Below are positions 28,088 to 36,596 of a stretch of 64,000 nt of DNA, piece after piece. The position numbers were made by a program, and so were the translations under genes. Each line of letters opens with the position of its first letter. The first letter of the stretch is position 1. The stretch is from an archaeon (GTDB lineage: Archaea; B1Sed10-29; JAJSAI01), in NCBI GenBank assembly GCA_024274695.1, contig JAJSAI010000019.1, positions 1 through 64,000 on the forward strand, given 5' to 3'. The notes beneath the pieces are model-generated. The model was not told where the DNA came from. It searched no databases and worked only from the letters and a program-made list of their open reading frames with translations.

Positions 28088-28918
28088 TCACTTTAGTAAC
28101 AGGCTTCTTCCTTTTTCTGTGTTCACAACAATCCCTTTACCTCTTATTATGTCAAATGAGAAAAATGCTTTTTCATGCTGAGTTAGTCTCATCTTTCTGA
28201 TCTGTAAGTTTCGGGAGGACTCTCCTGCAATTCCAGTAAAGTATAGCAGAATTACTCCATCTACCATAAACTCACTGAATGAGTCTCTACTAAGAGACTT
28301 AGAGTCTTCTAGCAATTCTGACGTGATCAGAACACTTGCTTTGGTATCTCTCAATGTTTTGAAGAGTCTCATGAGGATAAATTTGTTTATTAGTTTGTCG
28401 TTTAATGGAAGGGGTATTACAGTATCCTCTACAACGGTATAAGGTGTAGAAATAAAATGAGAAAAAATAGCGTTAAGGTCTCTAATCCCTTTTTGTGAAA
28501 GTATTGTTTCATATTTTTTTGGCAGGACCATAGAATAACTGTCTAACAGGGTTGTGACAGAATCTATCACAACTCTTTTTGGGCCAAACTTTTTACATTC
28601 CTCTTTAATTTTGTTGATCATACAACCCTCTTCAGGATTGAGAGAAATAACACGAAGTTTCTTGGATTTTTCATCTTTTTTCAAGTCTATATTAAACTGT
28701 TTGGCTTGTTGAATTATCATTTCTTCGGATTCTTCAGTGGTAAAGAAAAGAGTTTTCTCATTATTTTCCGCCCCTGCATGTGCATAATGTATGGCAAATG
28801 TTGATTTTCCAGTTCCTGCCCCTCCAGATATGAGAATAATGCTTCCTTGAGGAAACCCTCCTTGTACAAGTTTGTCAAAGCCTTCGACACCTGTTTTTAT
28901 TCTTTTCATAAGCACCAC
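28088..28918 (-). CDS. Single-domain KaiC/GvpD/RAD55-family ATPase
   Basis: RIKTGVEGFDKLVQGGFP, GGAGTGKS, TEES, VVIDS, EFMVDGVI, IRKMRLTQH. Confidence 0.9.
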   Translation of the reverse strand: MVLMKRIKTGVEGFDKLVQGGFPQGSIILISGGAGTGKSTFAIHYAHAGAENNEKTLFFTTEESEEMIIQQAKQFNIDLKKDEKSKKLRVISLNPEEGCMINKIKEECKKFGPKRVVIDSVTTLLDSYSMVLPKKYETILSQKGIRDLNAIFSHFISTPYTVVEDTVIPLPLNDKLINKFILMRLFKTLRDTKASVLITSELLEDSKSLSRDSFSEFMVDGVILLYFTGIAGESSRNLQIRKMRLTQHEKAFFSFDIIRGKGIVVNTEKGRSLLLK

Positions 28919-28966
28919 CGCTTATTAACCTCAAAAGATAAATTTATTTAAAACTTTTTTGATTGC

Positions 28967-30274
28967 TCATATGACGATCTCTTCCCCGGGCTCGGGAATG
29001 CTGTTCTGTATTCCCTTCTTTTCCAGGGTCCTGGAAAAGCTCTTCTGTTTCTCTTTCTCCCCGTGAACCAGGAACACCTGCTCCCGCGGATGGTTCTCTT
29101 TTATCCAGTTCAGCAGATCGTTCCTGTCAGCGTGGGCTGAGAGCCTGAGCTGGTGTACCCTGAGCTTTATTTCCACTTCCTCGTCCCCGATGATCACGTT
29201 CCTCGCTCCCTCTGATATCTGTCTTCCGAGAGTGCCTTCGGCCTGGTACCCTACGAGTATGACCGAGTTGTCCTTGTCTCCCGCCAGTTTTTTCAGGTAG
29301 TATACGCTAGGCCCTCCTGTCAGCATCCCGCTCGTGCTGACTATTATCGCCCTCTCTTTCTCCAGCACGTCCCTCCTGTCCTTGGTTCTCGGGGTCTTCC
29401 AGAACCTTGACTTGAATGGATCGTCGTCCGCGAGCAGGATCCTTCTTGGTATTTCCTCTTTTAGCCAGAGGACGTTGTGCCTGTATATCCTGCTCGCCTT
29501 TTTCACCATCCCGTCCGCGTAACCGTGCTCGTTGGAAAGGAATCCTGACCTGACGTAGTTGTCTATGATCATCATGACCTCCTGTCCTCTTCCCACCCCG
29601 AAAACGGGGATGAGCACTTTCCCAGGAGTGCTCCTGATTATTTCGGCCAGTTCCCTTGAAACTGTTTTCAGGCTCGGCAGGAGATCGTCAGGACCAGAAT
29701 AGGTTGACTCTGTTATAAGATAGTCTGTCCTGGGGATCTTTTTCTCCGCCCCGTACAAGAGGTTGGTTTCCCTCGTGTTCATGTCCCCAGTGTAGTACAG
29801 GCTCTTCCGACCCTTTTTCACCCTGAACCCTGCGGCCCCGAGTATGTGTCCTGCGTTGTAAGCGGTGACCTCGAACCCTGCCACCCTGACAGGCTTCTTG
29901 TACTCCAGGAAAGAGAACCTGGACAGGATCTTTTTGACATCGTTCCTGCTGAAGTTAATGTCCTTTTTCGCCACGCCCAGCCTGTAGTAGTCTGCCAGCA
30001 GGACCTGGACGAGGTCAAAGGTCGGCTTGGTGCTGTACACTTTCCCCCTGAACCCGAGCCTTTCCAGGTCAGGCAGGAACCCTGAGTGGTCAAGGTGGGC
30101 GTGGGTCACGAAAACGGCCTTAAGCGACCTCGCAATCCTCTCGTCCAGCAGGGGATACTCTTTAGGGTCTCCTAGTTTGACCCCGCAGTCCAAGAGAATC
30201 CTTTTCCCCTTGTCCTCCAGCATTACCGCCGATCTTCCGACTTCTCCGCAGGCTCCCAGAAAACAGACCTTCAT
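28967..30274 (-). CDS. MBL-fold beta-CASP ribonuclease (short CPSF-like paralog, no KH domains)
   Basis: GACGEVGRS, THAHLDHSG, AGHILG, YTGD, ESTY, GYQAEGT, SAHAD, VHGE. Confidence 0.9.
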   Translation of the reverse strand: MKVCFLGACGEVGRSAVMLEDKGKRILLDCGVKLGDPKEYPLLDERIARSLKAVFVTHAHLDHSGFLPDLERLGFRGKVYSTKPTFDLVQVLLADYYRLGVAKKDINFSRNDVKKILSRFSFLEYKKPVRVAGFEVTAYNAGHILGAAGFRVKKGRKSLYYTGDMNTRETNLLYGAEKKIPRTDYLITESTYSGPDDLLPSLKTVSRELAEIIRSTPGKVLIPVFGVGRGQEVMMIIDNYVRSGFLSNEHGYADGMVKKASRIYRHNVLWLKEEIPRRILLADDDPFKSRFWKTPRTKDRRDVLEKERAIIVSTSGMLTGGPSVYYLKKLAGDKDNSVILVGYQAEGTLGRQISEGARNVIIGDEEVEIKLRVHQLRLSAHADRNDLLNWIKENHPREQVFLVHGEKEKQKSFSRTLEKKGIQNSIPEPGEEIVI

Positions 30275-30330
30275 CAGAACTTAAGTAGGGGGCCAGTGTT
30301 TTTAAACTCTCCAGGCTTATTTAGCCTTTA

Positions 30331-31716
30331 ATGGATCCGTTTGTAGTACTCGGGCTTGCCGCGCTGGCGGCCTTGGGAGCGTTCGTGGCCGCGATAGTTT
30401 ACAAGGCGAGGAAGACCTCAGGGCCTACTGTTAAGGAGATAGAGTCCTTGTACGCCGAGTTCGACAGGCTGATAAAAAGAAAGGCGAAGTACCTGTCAAT
30501 GCTCGAGGTTCTTGATGACGCGAAGAAGTACGGGAGGATCTCCACGTCCCAGTACGCCGAGCAAGCGGGCAGGATAAAAAAGAAGGTTCAAGAGACAGAC
30601 AAGAAAATTGATGAAGTGATCAGCAGGCTGGCGCTACCATACTACAAGAAGATACTGAAGCAAGAGACTGCTGTTGAAGGAAAGAAACTGAACTATCTGC
30701 TCGTGCTGCAGGAGGACAAGAAAAAACTGCAGCAGAAAGTGCTTGAACTAGAAAAGACCCTTGACGCCCTCAGGCGGAAGCTCAAGATAACAGAAGAAGC
30801 TAGGGACGAGCTTGAAGAAGAGGTTAGGTCCCTGGAGGAAAAGCACAAGAACAGCATGCTCGAGATGGAGTCCAGGCTTGATGCGGCAAGCAAGAAGATA
30901 GCTGCACTGCAGAACGAGCTTGAGGCCCTGCGCAAGGAAAAGGAAGAGATTGAAAGGAAACTGGTTGAAGTGTCGGAAAAAGAGAAGGAGTACAAGAAGA
31001 GAGCGTGGGCCGCTGAAAAACAGCTTGAGGCAAGGGGGGCTAAAGAGGAGGAAGTTAGCAGGGTTGTTGAAAAGTACAGCGCGGAGGAAGAGGAGCTGAA
31101 GAAGAGTCTTGAGAAGGCCAAGAAGAGGATGGAGGAGTACTATCACAAGATCCTGTTGTTGCAGACCATAATAGACAGGTACGCTGACAAGATAGAAACA
31201 GAAGAGGCCAGGACCATTCAGCAGGTGAAGGAGAGCGTGCAGCCGAAGAACAAGAAAGTGCTTGAAGTGTGCGAGATAATAACGTCAGAAATCCCCGAGT
31301 ACGATCCCAAGAGAGATCTTTTGAAAGCCTGCCAGCTCGCGTACGAGAGGGTTTCGGAAAGAATAGCGTCCGTGAAGGGCCCGGGTATAACGTTCTGGAT
31401 GACAATAGACGAGATCCTTGACAAGAGGATCGCGGACTACGAGGACAAGGCGATCCTCTTGTGCTCTGTCCTGAGGGCCTTAGGGGCCGACGCGAGCGTT
31501 CTCATACTCCAGATGTCGGACGGGGCCAACTTTCCGGTGGTAGAACTCAGGCACGGGGAAAAAGTTTACTGGCTTGACCCCAACCACCCGCACGAGTTCA
31601 ACAAGTACTCTGCAGGTTCCCGGGAAGAGGTAATGAAAGAGTTCTCGGCAGAAGGAGCAAAGCCCGTGAGCGTGTTGTACGAGTTCAACGATCAGGAGTA
31701 CAAGCAGAAGGAGTGA
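30331..31716 (+). CDS. Membrane-anchored long coiled-coil protein with C-terminal inactive transglutaminase-like domain
   Basis: N-terminal TM, long heptad region, then FW...E......ADYEDKAILLCSVLRALG and WLDP. Confidence 0.7.
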   Translation: MDPFVVLGLAALAALGAFVAAIVYKARKTSGPTVKEIESLYAEFDRLIKRKAKYLSMLEVLDDAKKYGRISTSQYAEQAGRIKKKVQETDKKIDEVISRLALPYYKKILKQETAVEGKKLNYLLVLQEDKKKLQQKVLELEKTLDALRRKLKITEEARDELEEEVRSLEEKHKNSMLEMESRLDAASKKIAALQNELEALRKEKEEIERKLVEVSEKEKEYKKRAWAAEKQLEARGAKEEEVSRVVEKYSAEEEELKKSLEKAKKRMEEYYHKILLLQTIIDRYADKIETEEARTIQQVKESVQPKNKKVLEVCEIITSEIPEYDPKRDLLKACQLAYERVSERIASVKGPGITFWMTIDEILDKRIADYEDKAILLCSVLRALGADASVLILQMSDGANFPVVELRHGEKVYWLDPNHPHEFNKYSAGSREEVMKEFSAEGAKPVSVLYEFNDQEYKQKE

Positions 31717-31722
31717 CCTCTG

Positions 31723-32406
31723 TTGCTGCAGGTGCTGCTCGCCACCCTGGCCGACAGTGTCATTGCACTTGTAGGAGTAGCAGCCCTCAAGGCCAAGAAT
31801 CTTGAAAAAACATCCTCTCTTCTGGCTGCTTTTGCCGCAGGCACCCTGCTCGTCGGAGGCCTTGCCCACCTGTTCGCAGAATCTCTTGATGGGATAGGCG
31901 CGGACGCCGCAGTGCTCTTCTTTTTGATAGGGTTCTCCTTCTTCCTGTTGTTAGAGTTCTTCCTGAAATGGCACAAGTGCGGGTGCAAGGCAGAGCCCTT
32001 CACTTACATGATACTCTTGGCCGACGGGGTGCACAACTTTTTTGACGGCGTTATAATCGGGGCCAGCTTTCTGGTGAACCCCTTGTTCGGCTGGATCACC
32101 ACCGGGCTCATAATACTGCACGAGGTGCCCCAGGAACTGGGAGACTTTGGGATCCTTGTCCAAGGAGGGCTCGGGCCGGCCAAGGCCCTGGCATACAATC
32201 TCGCTTCCCAGCTCTCGTGCGTTCTCGGAGGGGTCCTGGGATGGTTTGCTGTTGTTGGGGTGGTCCCGCATGCCCTTGCGTTCTCTGCAGGCGGGTTCGT
32301 GTACATAAGCGCGGCTGACCTCGTGCCCAGGATGAGGGACAATGCAGCTGTGATCGCCTTCTTTTCTGGCCTGATCCTGTTAGAAGCGCTCAAGATAGTT
32401 TTATAA
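31723..32406 (+). CDS. ZIP-family metal transporter
   Basis: ADGVHNFFDG, ILHEVPQELGDF, AGGFVYISAADLVP. Confidence 0.92.
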   Translation: MLQVLLATLADSVIALVGVAALKAKNLEKTSSLLAAFAAGTLLVGGLAHLFAESLDGIGADAAVLFFLIGFSFFLLLEFFLKWHKCGCKAEPFTYMILLADGVHNFFDGVIIGASFLVNPLFGWITTGLIILHEVPQELGDFGILVQGGLGPAKALAYNLASQLSCVLGGVLGWFAVVGVVPHALAFSAGGFVYISAADLVPRMRDNAAVIAFFSGLILLEALKIVL

Positions 32407-32427
32407 ATTAATAAAATTATAAAATTT

Positions 32428-32835
32428 GTGATGGATGTTCTCGCCAATTTTGAGGTCTTGTTCAAAGCAAGGGGCCTCTCAGCGGTCCACGGCAGAGTGT
32501 TCGGCACCCTGCTCTTGTCAGGAGCGCAGATGACGCAAAAGCAGATAGCCAGAGAATCAGGGTATTCCGTCCCAGCGGTGAGCATTGCCCTTGACGAGCT
32601 CGTCAAGCTTGGGCTGGTAAAAAAGAGGAAAAAACAGAGGACCTTCTACTACTCTGCCGACGCGGACCTCCCTAAAATAATGCACGACTTCCTTAAAACA
32701 ATAAAAAAGGACTACGTGGAGCCCTTCCTCCGGGAGATAAAAGAGTACCCGAGGACGGAGCCCGTGAAAAAGTTTGAGAAGAGCATGAAAAACCTTGACA
32801 ATTACCTGTCAAGATTACTGGAGGTGCGAGTATGA
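32428..32835 (+). CDS. GbsR/MarR-like HTH regulator
   Basis: GRVFGTLLLS...TQKQIARESGYSVPAVSIALDEL..GLV. Confidence 0.8.
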   Translation: MMDVLANFEVLFKARGLSAVHGRVFGTLLLSGAQMTQKQIARESGYSVPAVSIALDELVKLGLVKKRKKQRTFYYSADADLPKIMHDFLKTIKKDYVEPFLREIKEYPRTEPVKKFEKSMKNLDNYLSRLLEVRV

Positions 32836-33017
32836 CCAAAGGAGTTTTTATTGACAAGACCAAGTGCATGTACTGCGGAGGGTGCACAGCAGTATGTCCT
32901 GTCAACGCCCTCGAACTTAAGGAGACGTACATAGAGTGGGATCCTGAAAAGTGCATATACTGCGGGGCGTGCGAGAGGTTCTGCCCCGCTGGAGCAATAA
33001 AGGTGGTGAGAGAATGA
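32832..33017 (+). CDS. 2[4Fe-4S] ferredoxin
   Basis: Two CxxCxxCxxxCP motifs. Confidence 0.93.
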   Translation: MTKGVFIDKTKCMYCGGCTAVCPVNALELKETYIEWDPEKCIYCGACERFCPAGAIKVVRE

Positions 33018-34222
33018 GACAATGGCTTCAGGAAGAGTATGATGTCATAGTCGTCGGGGCCGGGCCCGCTGGAAGCACTGCCGCGAGAGAGTGCGCTAAA
33101 CGGGGCCTGAAAACCCTGGTCCTTGAAAAAAGACAGGAGGTAGGAGTCCCGAAAAGGTGCGGGGAAGGACTAGGAGAAGGCTGGTGCAGGATAGCAGGAA
33201 TAACCCCTGACCCGAAGTGGGCGAGGTACGAAATGCACGGGGCAGTGCTCTGGTCCCCCTCCGGCAAAAAAGTGGTGATACCCACGCCCACGAAAGGCTG
33301 GATAATAGAAAGAAGAGTCTTCGACAAGTGGCTGGCCGAGAAAGCGGTCATGGCAGGAGCGAGGATGATAACCAAGGCAAGAGTCATAGGAGTCATAAAA
33401 GAAGAAGACACAGTAAAGGGTGTGATCGTGGAAACCCCTGACGGGGACTTCGAAGTCATGGCAAAGATAGTGATAGCCGCTGACGGGGTTGACAGCAAGA
33501 CCGCAAAGTATGCTGGGCTTAACACAGTAAACCCCGCCACCGAAATAGACTCAGGGTACCAGTACGAGATGGTCGGTCTCAAGATCCCAGAGCCCACGGA
33601 CATGATACACCTGTACTTCGGGTGGGACGTTGCCCCCAGGGGATACGTCTGGATATTCCCGAAAGGACCTGACCACGCGAACGTGGGAATAGGGATAGGC
33701 GGGCACATTGACAAGGGAACCGCAAAAGAATACCTTGACAGGTTCATAGAGTCCCATCCCGAAATCTTTGAGAACGCTGGGATAGTAGAAGTGAACGCGG
33801 GAGGAATCCCTGTAGGCGCTCCCCTGAAAAAACCGTACGCGAACGGCCTGCTCGTGATAGGAGACGCCGCGCACATGGTCAACCCCATACACGGCGGAGG
33901 AATAGGCACTGGCATGGAAGCAGGAATACTCGCGGCAGAGATAGCTGAAAAAGCAGTGAGGTCCGGCAATGTTTCAGAAGACGTCCTGAAAGAGTTCGCG
34001 GAAAAGTGGTACGAGAAGAGAGGAAACCAGTTGCTCCAGGTGCTCAAGGTCAGGAAGTTCTTCGAAGACCTCACGGACCAGGACATGGAAAAACTAGCGG
34101 ACATACTGGACGACAAACAGCTCCTGCTGGACTTCGCGGACGGCAGGAGGACAGCCGCGTTCCTGAAGTTCCTGGCCAAAGCGCCCAGGATCGCGCTGAA
34201 GGCGGCAAAGCACCTCAAGTGA
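33014..34222 (+). CDS. Digeranylgeranylglycerophospholipid reductase (archaeal GGR)
   Basis: VGAGPAGS, RCGEG, AADG, PRGYVWIFP, GDAA..VNP.HGGGI. ATG at 33014 overlaps the ferredoxin stop. Confidence 0.92.
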   Translation: MRQWLQEEYDVIVVGAGPAGSTAARECAKRGLKTLVLEKRQEVGVPKRCGEGLGEGWCRIAGITPDPKWARYEMHGAVLWSPSGKKVVIPTPTKGWIIERRVFDKWLAEKAVMAGARMITKARVIGVIKEEDTVKGVIVETPDGDFEVMAKIVIAADGVDSKTAKYAGLNTVNPATEIDSGYQYEMVGLKIPEPTDMIHLYFGWDVAPRGYVWIFPKGPDHANVGIGIGGHIDKGTAKEYLDRFIESHPEIFENAGIVEVNAGGIPVGAPLKKPYANGLLVIGDAAHMVNPIHGGGIGTGMEAGILAAEIAEKAVRSGNVSEDVLKEFAEKWYEKRGNQLLQVLKVRKFFEDLTDQDMEKLADILDDKQLLLDFADGRRTAAFLKFLAKAPRIALKAAKHLK

Positions 34223-34270
34223 AACCCAAAAACCCTCCTTTTATAATCTTCTCCTGAGTCTATTACCAGG

Positions 34271-35200
34271 ATGAAGACAAGACCTGTCCTAACGATAGCA
34301 CTGATCCTTCTCACGCTGGGCACCTACTTCGCCTTCAGTAACGCGTACCTGTACATCCGCCAAGACAGGCTGCTTGCTCTGGCGTTCTCCTGGCACAACG
34401 TCTTCCCTGGAATAATCACGTACATGTTCGCTCACATAGGACTAAAGCACCTGTTCGGCAACATGCTCCTCCTCCTTCTGGTAGGAGCAATCTGCGAGGA
34501 AAAACTCAGGAAAAAAGACTATCTTGCGATATACTTTGCCTCGGGGGCGGCGGGAGCTGTGCTGTTCTCGGCAATAAACCCTAACGTCGCGCTGGCAGGA
34601 GCCAGCGCATGCATCGCGGGCCTTATGGTTCCTGCAATGATAATAAACACGCGGCGGTTCGTGCTGGGAATGATCCTGGTTGCGGTTTTCTCCACGACAG
34701 TCATGATGCCGGTCCTGACAGTATTCTCAGAATCCTTGCACCAGAAGACGGTTAAGGAATACACTGTCCTGAAACAGGAGTACGAGAACGTAACAAAAGA
34801 AAAGCAAGAGCTTCAGACAATAATACTGGAGCTGAACAAGACCGAAGAAAAGGTTAGGGAAAAGCTTGAGAAGGGAGAGATAACGGAAAGAGAGTATATG
34901 ATTATAATCCAGAACGTGAGCTTGCAAAGGAACGCCACGCTGGCCAAGCTCGCTGAAAAAGAACAGGAAGAGAAAAAGGTCAGTGAAGGGGTGAACAAGA
35001 CCCTTGAGCTCAAGGAAAACCTTGAGCAGGGGATAGAAAGAGAAAAAAGGATGGTCACCAGCGTGCTGGTGCACGCTCTCGGGTCGGTGGTTGGTGCAAC
35101 ATACCTGCTGTTGTTCAGGAGGGACATCCTGTACGACGCTGTCTTCGAATGGAAGAACGCTGCATGGAGGTTGAAAAAACGCTTAGCACGATCTTCTTGA
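34271..35200 (+). CDS. Rhomboid intramembrane protease with large coiled-coil insertion
   Basis: FAH....HLFGNM, catalytic GASA, and the catalytic His in VHALG placed after a ~110-aa charged insert. Confidence 0.82.
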   Translation: MKTRPVLTIALILLTLGTYFAFSNAYLYIRQDRLLALAFSWHNVFPGIITYMFAHIGLKHLFGNMLLLLLVGAICEEKLRKKDYLAIYFASGAAGAVLFSAINPNVALAGASACIAGLMVPAMIINTRRFVLGMILVAVFSTTVMMPVLTVFSESLHQKTVKEYTVLKQEYENVTKEKQELQTIILELNKTEEKVREKLEKGEITEREYMIIIQNVSLQRNATLAKLAEKEQEEKKVSEGVNKTLELKENLEQGIEREKRMVTSVLVHALGSVVGATYLLLFRRDILYDAVFEWKNAAWRLKKRLARSS

Positions 35201-36168
35201 GGCACCTGGCAAGAGAACTGGACTCTGAGCTATCAGGAGGGTTCTTCGATAAAGCGCAGCAGATAGGGCCCGCGGAGTTCAAGCTCTCATTCCGCACGAA
35301 GGCAGGGAAGAAGGATGTTATTGTAAGGCTCCCTGGGCTCGTGAACATCACCTCATACAAGATCCCTGCCCCGAGAAAGCCGAGCAACTTCGCCATGAAG
35401 CTGAGGAAGGAGATCTCAGGCAAGAAAGTTCTGGCAGTGAAGCAGCACGACTTCGACAGGGTCATCGTGCTCGACTTCGGCGAAAAAAAGCTCGTGATAG
35501 AGCTCTTCTCAAAAGGGAACCTGGTCCTGACAAAGGACGGCAGGATACTCGCCGTTTTCAGGTCAGAAGAGTGGAGGGACAGAAAACTACGGTTCGGGGA
35601 AGAGTATGTCTTCCCGAAGAAAAAAGCAGACCCAGAGTCAGAAGACTTCCGGGAAATGCTCTGCAGAGAAGGAGAAAGGGCCCTCGCCCTTGCTGTGGGC
35701 AAGGAGAACGCGAGGCTCCTGCTGAAATCGCTTGGCATCCCGCAAGGTCAGAAGGAGTACTCTGAAGAACAGGCCGGCAGAATACTCTCCCGGCTGGAAG
35801 AGATTCTAAACTCTGACACCAAGCCAGTGGTGCAAGAGGGCATACTGCTGCCGGTCCCCATCCTGTCCTCAGAGCCGGAGAAGGAGTACAGGACAGCGAG
35901 CCAGGCAGTGGACGAAGAGCACCCTCCTGAACTGAGAAGAGAGGAAGGGAAAGAGTCCAAGCTTCAGAGGATGCTGGAAATGCAGAAGAAGACCCTGCAA
36001 GAGTACCAGAAGAAAGCAGAGGAAGAAAAGCAGATAGGTGACCTGATAATGCAGAACGCTCACGTGATAGCAGAGGCCATAAGGCTATTCAAAGAAAAGG
36101 ACGTTAAGGGCCTGGAAAGGCTGGGGGCGAGGATAACCAAGGACGGAAAAATAGAGATAGACCTCTGA
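35164..36168 (+). CDS. NFACT/RqcH (FbpA) family protein, C-terminally short
   Basis: FAMKLRKEI.G, QHDFDRV, LVIELFSKGNLVL, then a coiled coil; ends without an NFACT-R domain. Confidence 0.8.
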   Translation: MEVEKTLSTIFLRHLARELDSELSGGFFDKAQQIGPAEFKLSFRTKAGKKDVIVRLPGLVNITSYKIPAPRKPSNFAMKLRKEISGKKVLAVKQHDFDRVIVLDFGEKKLVIELFSKGNLVLTKDGRILAVFRSEEWRDRKLRFGEEYVFPKKKADPESEDFREMLCREGERALALAVGKENARLLLKSLGIPQGQKEYSEEQAGRILSRLEEILNSDTKPVVQEGILLPVPILSSEPEKEYRTASQAVDEEHPPELRREEGKESKLQRMLEMQKKTLQEYQKKAEEEKQIGDLIMQNAHVIAEAIRLFKEKDVKGLERLGARITKDGKIEIDL

Positions 36169-36213
36169 CCTGCTGACGAAGATTCTGAGAAACGGTTCGG
36201 CTGGACGAAAAAA

Positions 36214-36474
36214 TCAGGAGATCAGGCTCTCGTCAACCACTATAACGTCACTGACGGCGAAAACAGACTTGTAAGGAACGTGCCCGAGTTTTCCCACTTT
36301 CTGGAGTCTGCTGGCAGTCCTTGAGTCGCTGTTCACCTCTATGAGCAGGCCTTCTATCCTCCCTGTCTCCTCGTCTATGGTCAGGTCCGCGAGCCTGCCC
36401 AGTTCCTCACCAGAGTTTGTGATCACCCGTTTTCCCCCGAGCTGCCTGGCTATCACGAACTTCTTTGAAGCCAT
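36214..36474 (-). CDS. PRC-barrel protein (CdpB-like)
   Basis: LGGKRVITNSGEELGRLADL.IDEETGRI; VPYKSV.AV.DVIVV. ATG at 36474 after GGTGGTG. Confidence 0.85.
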   Translation of the reverse strand: MASKKFVIARQLGGKRVITNSGEELGRLADLTIDEETGRIEGLLIEVNSDSRTASRLQKVGKLGHVPYKSVFAVSDVIVVDESLIS

Positions 36475-36596
36475 TAAACACCACCTTCTGGAATAAAATG
36501 CCTGCACTGTATTTAAACATTTCCCCCAAAAAACCATGTTACGTCAAAAGACGAACCCGAATCCGTTAGTTATTTAAACTTGTTCTTGTCTTATGC

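Larger units (their letters stand above)
25500..28960. other. Low-GC genomic island of four genes (probable horizontal acquisition)
   Basis: Abrupt drop to roughly 30-35% GC (sampled lines, by eye) and an A/T-ending codon preference, versus about 50-55% in the flanks. No integrase or att repeats seen. Confidence 0.8.

Noticed and set aside
25490-28966. att sites or target-site duplication at the island borders
   Set aside because: Only short AT-rich similarities (ATAAAATTTA / ATAAATTTA), expected by chance. No tRNA or integrase is adjacent.
33028-34323. 431-aa antisense ORF over GGR, and similar long antisense ORFs over lhr, asnS and aCPSF1
   Set aside because: Shadow frames of well-supported genes; S/P/F-rich and without motifs.
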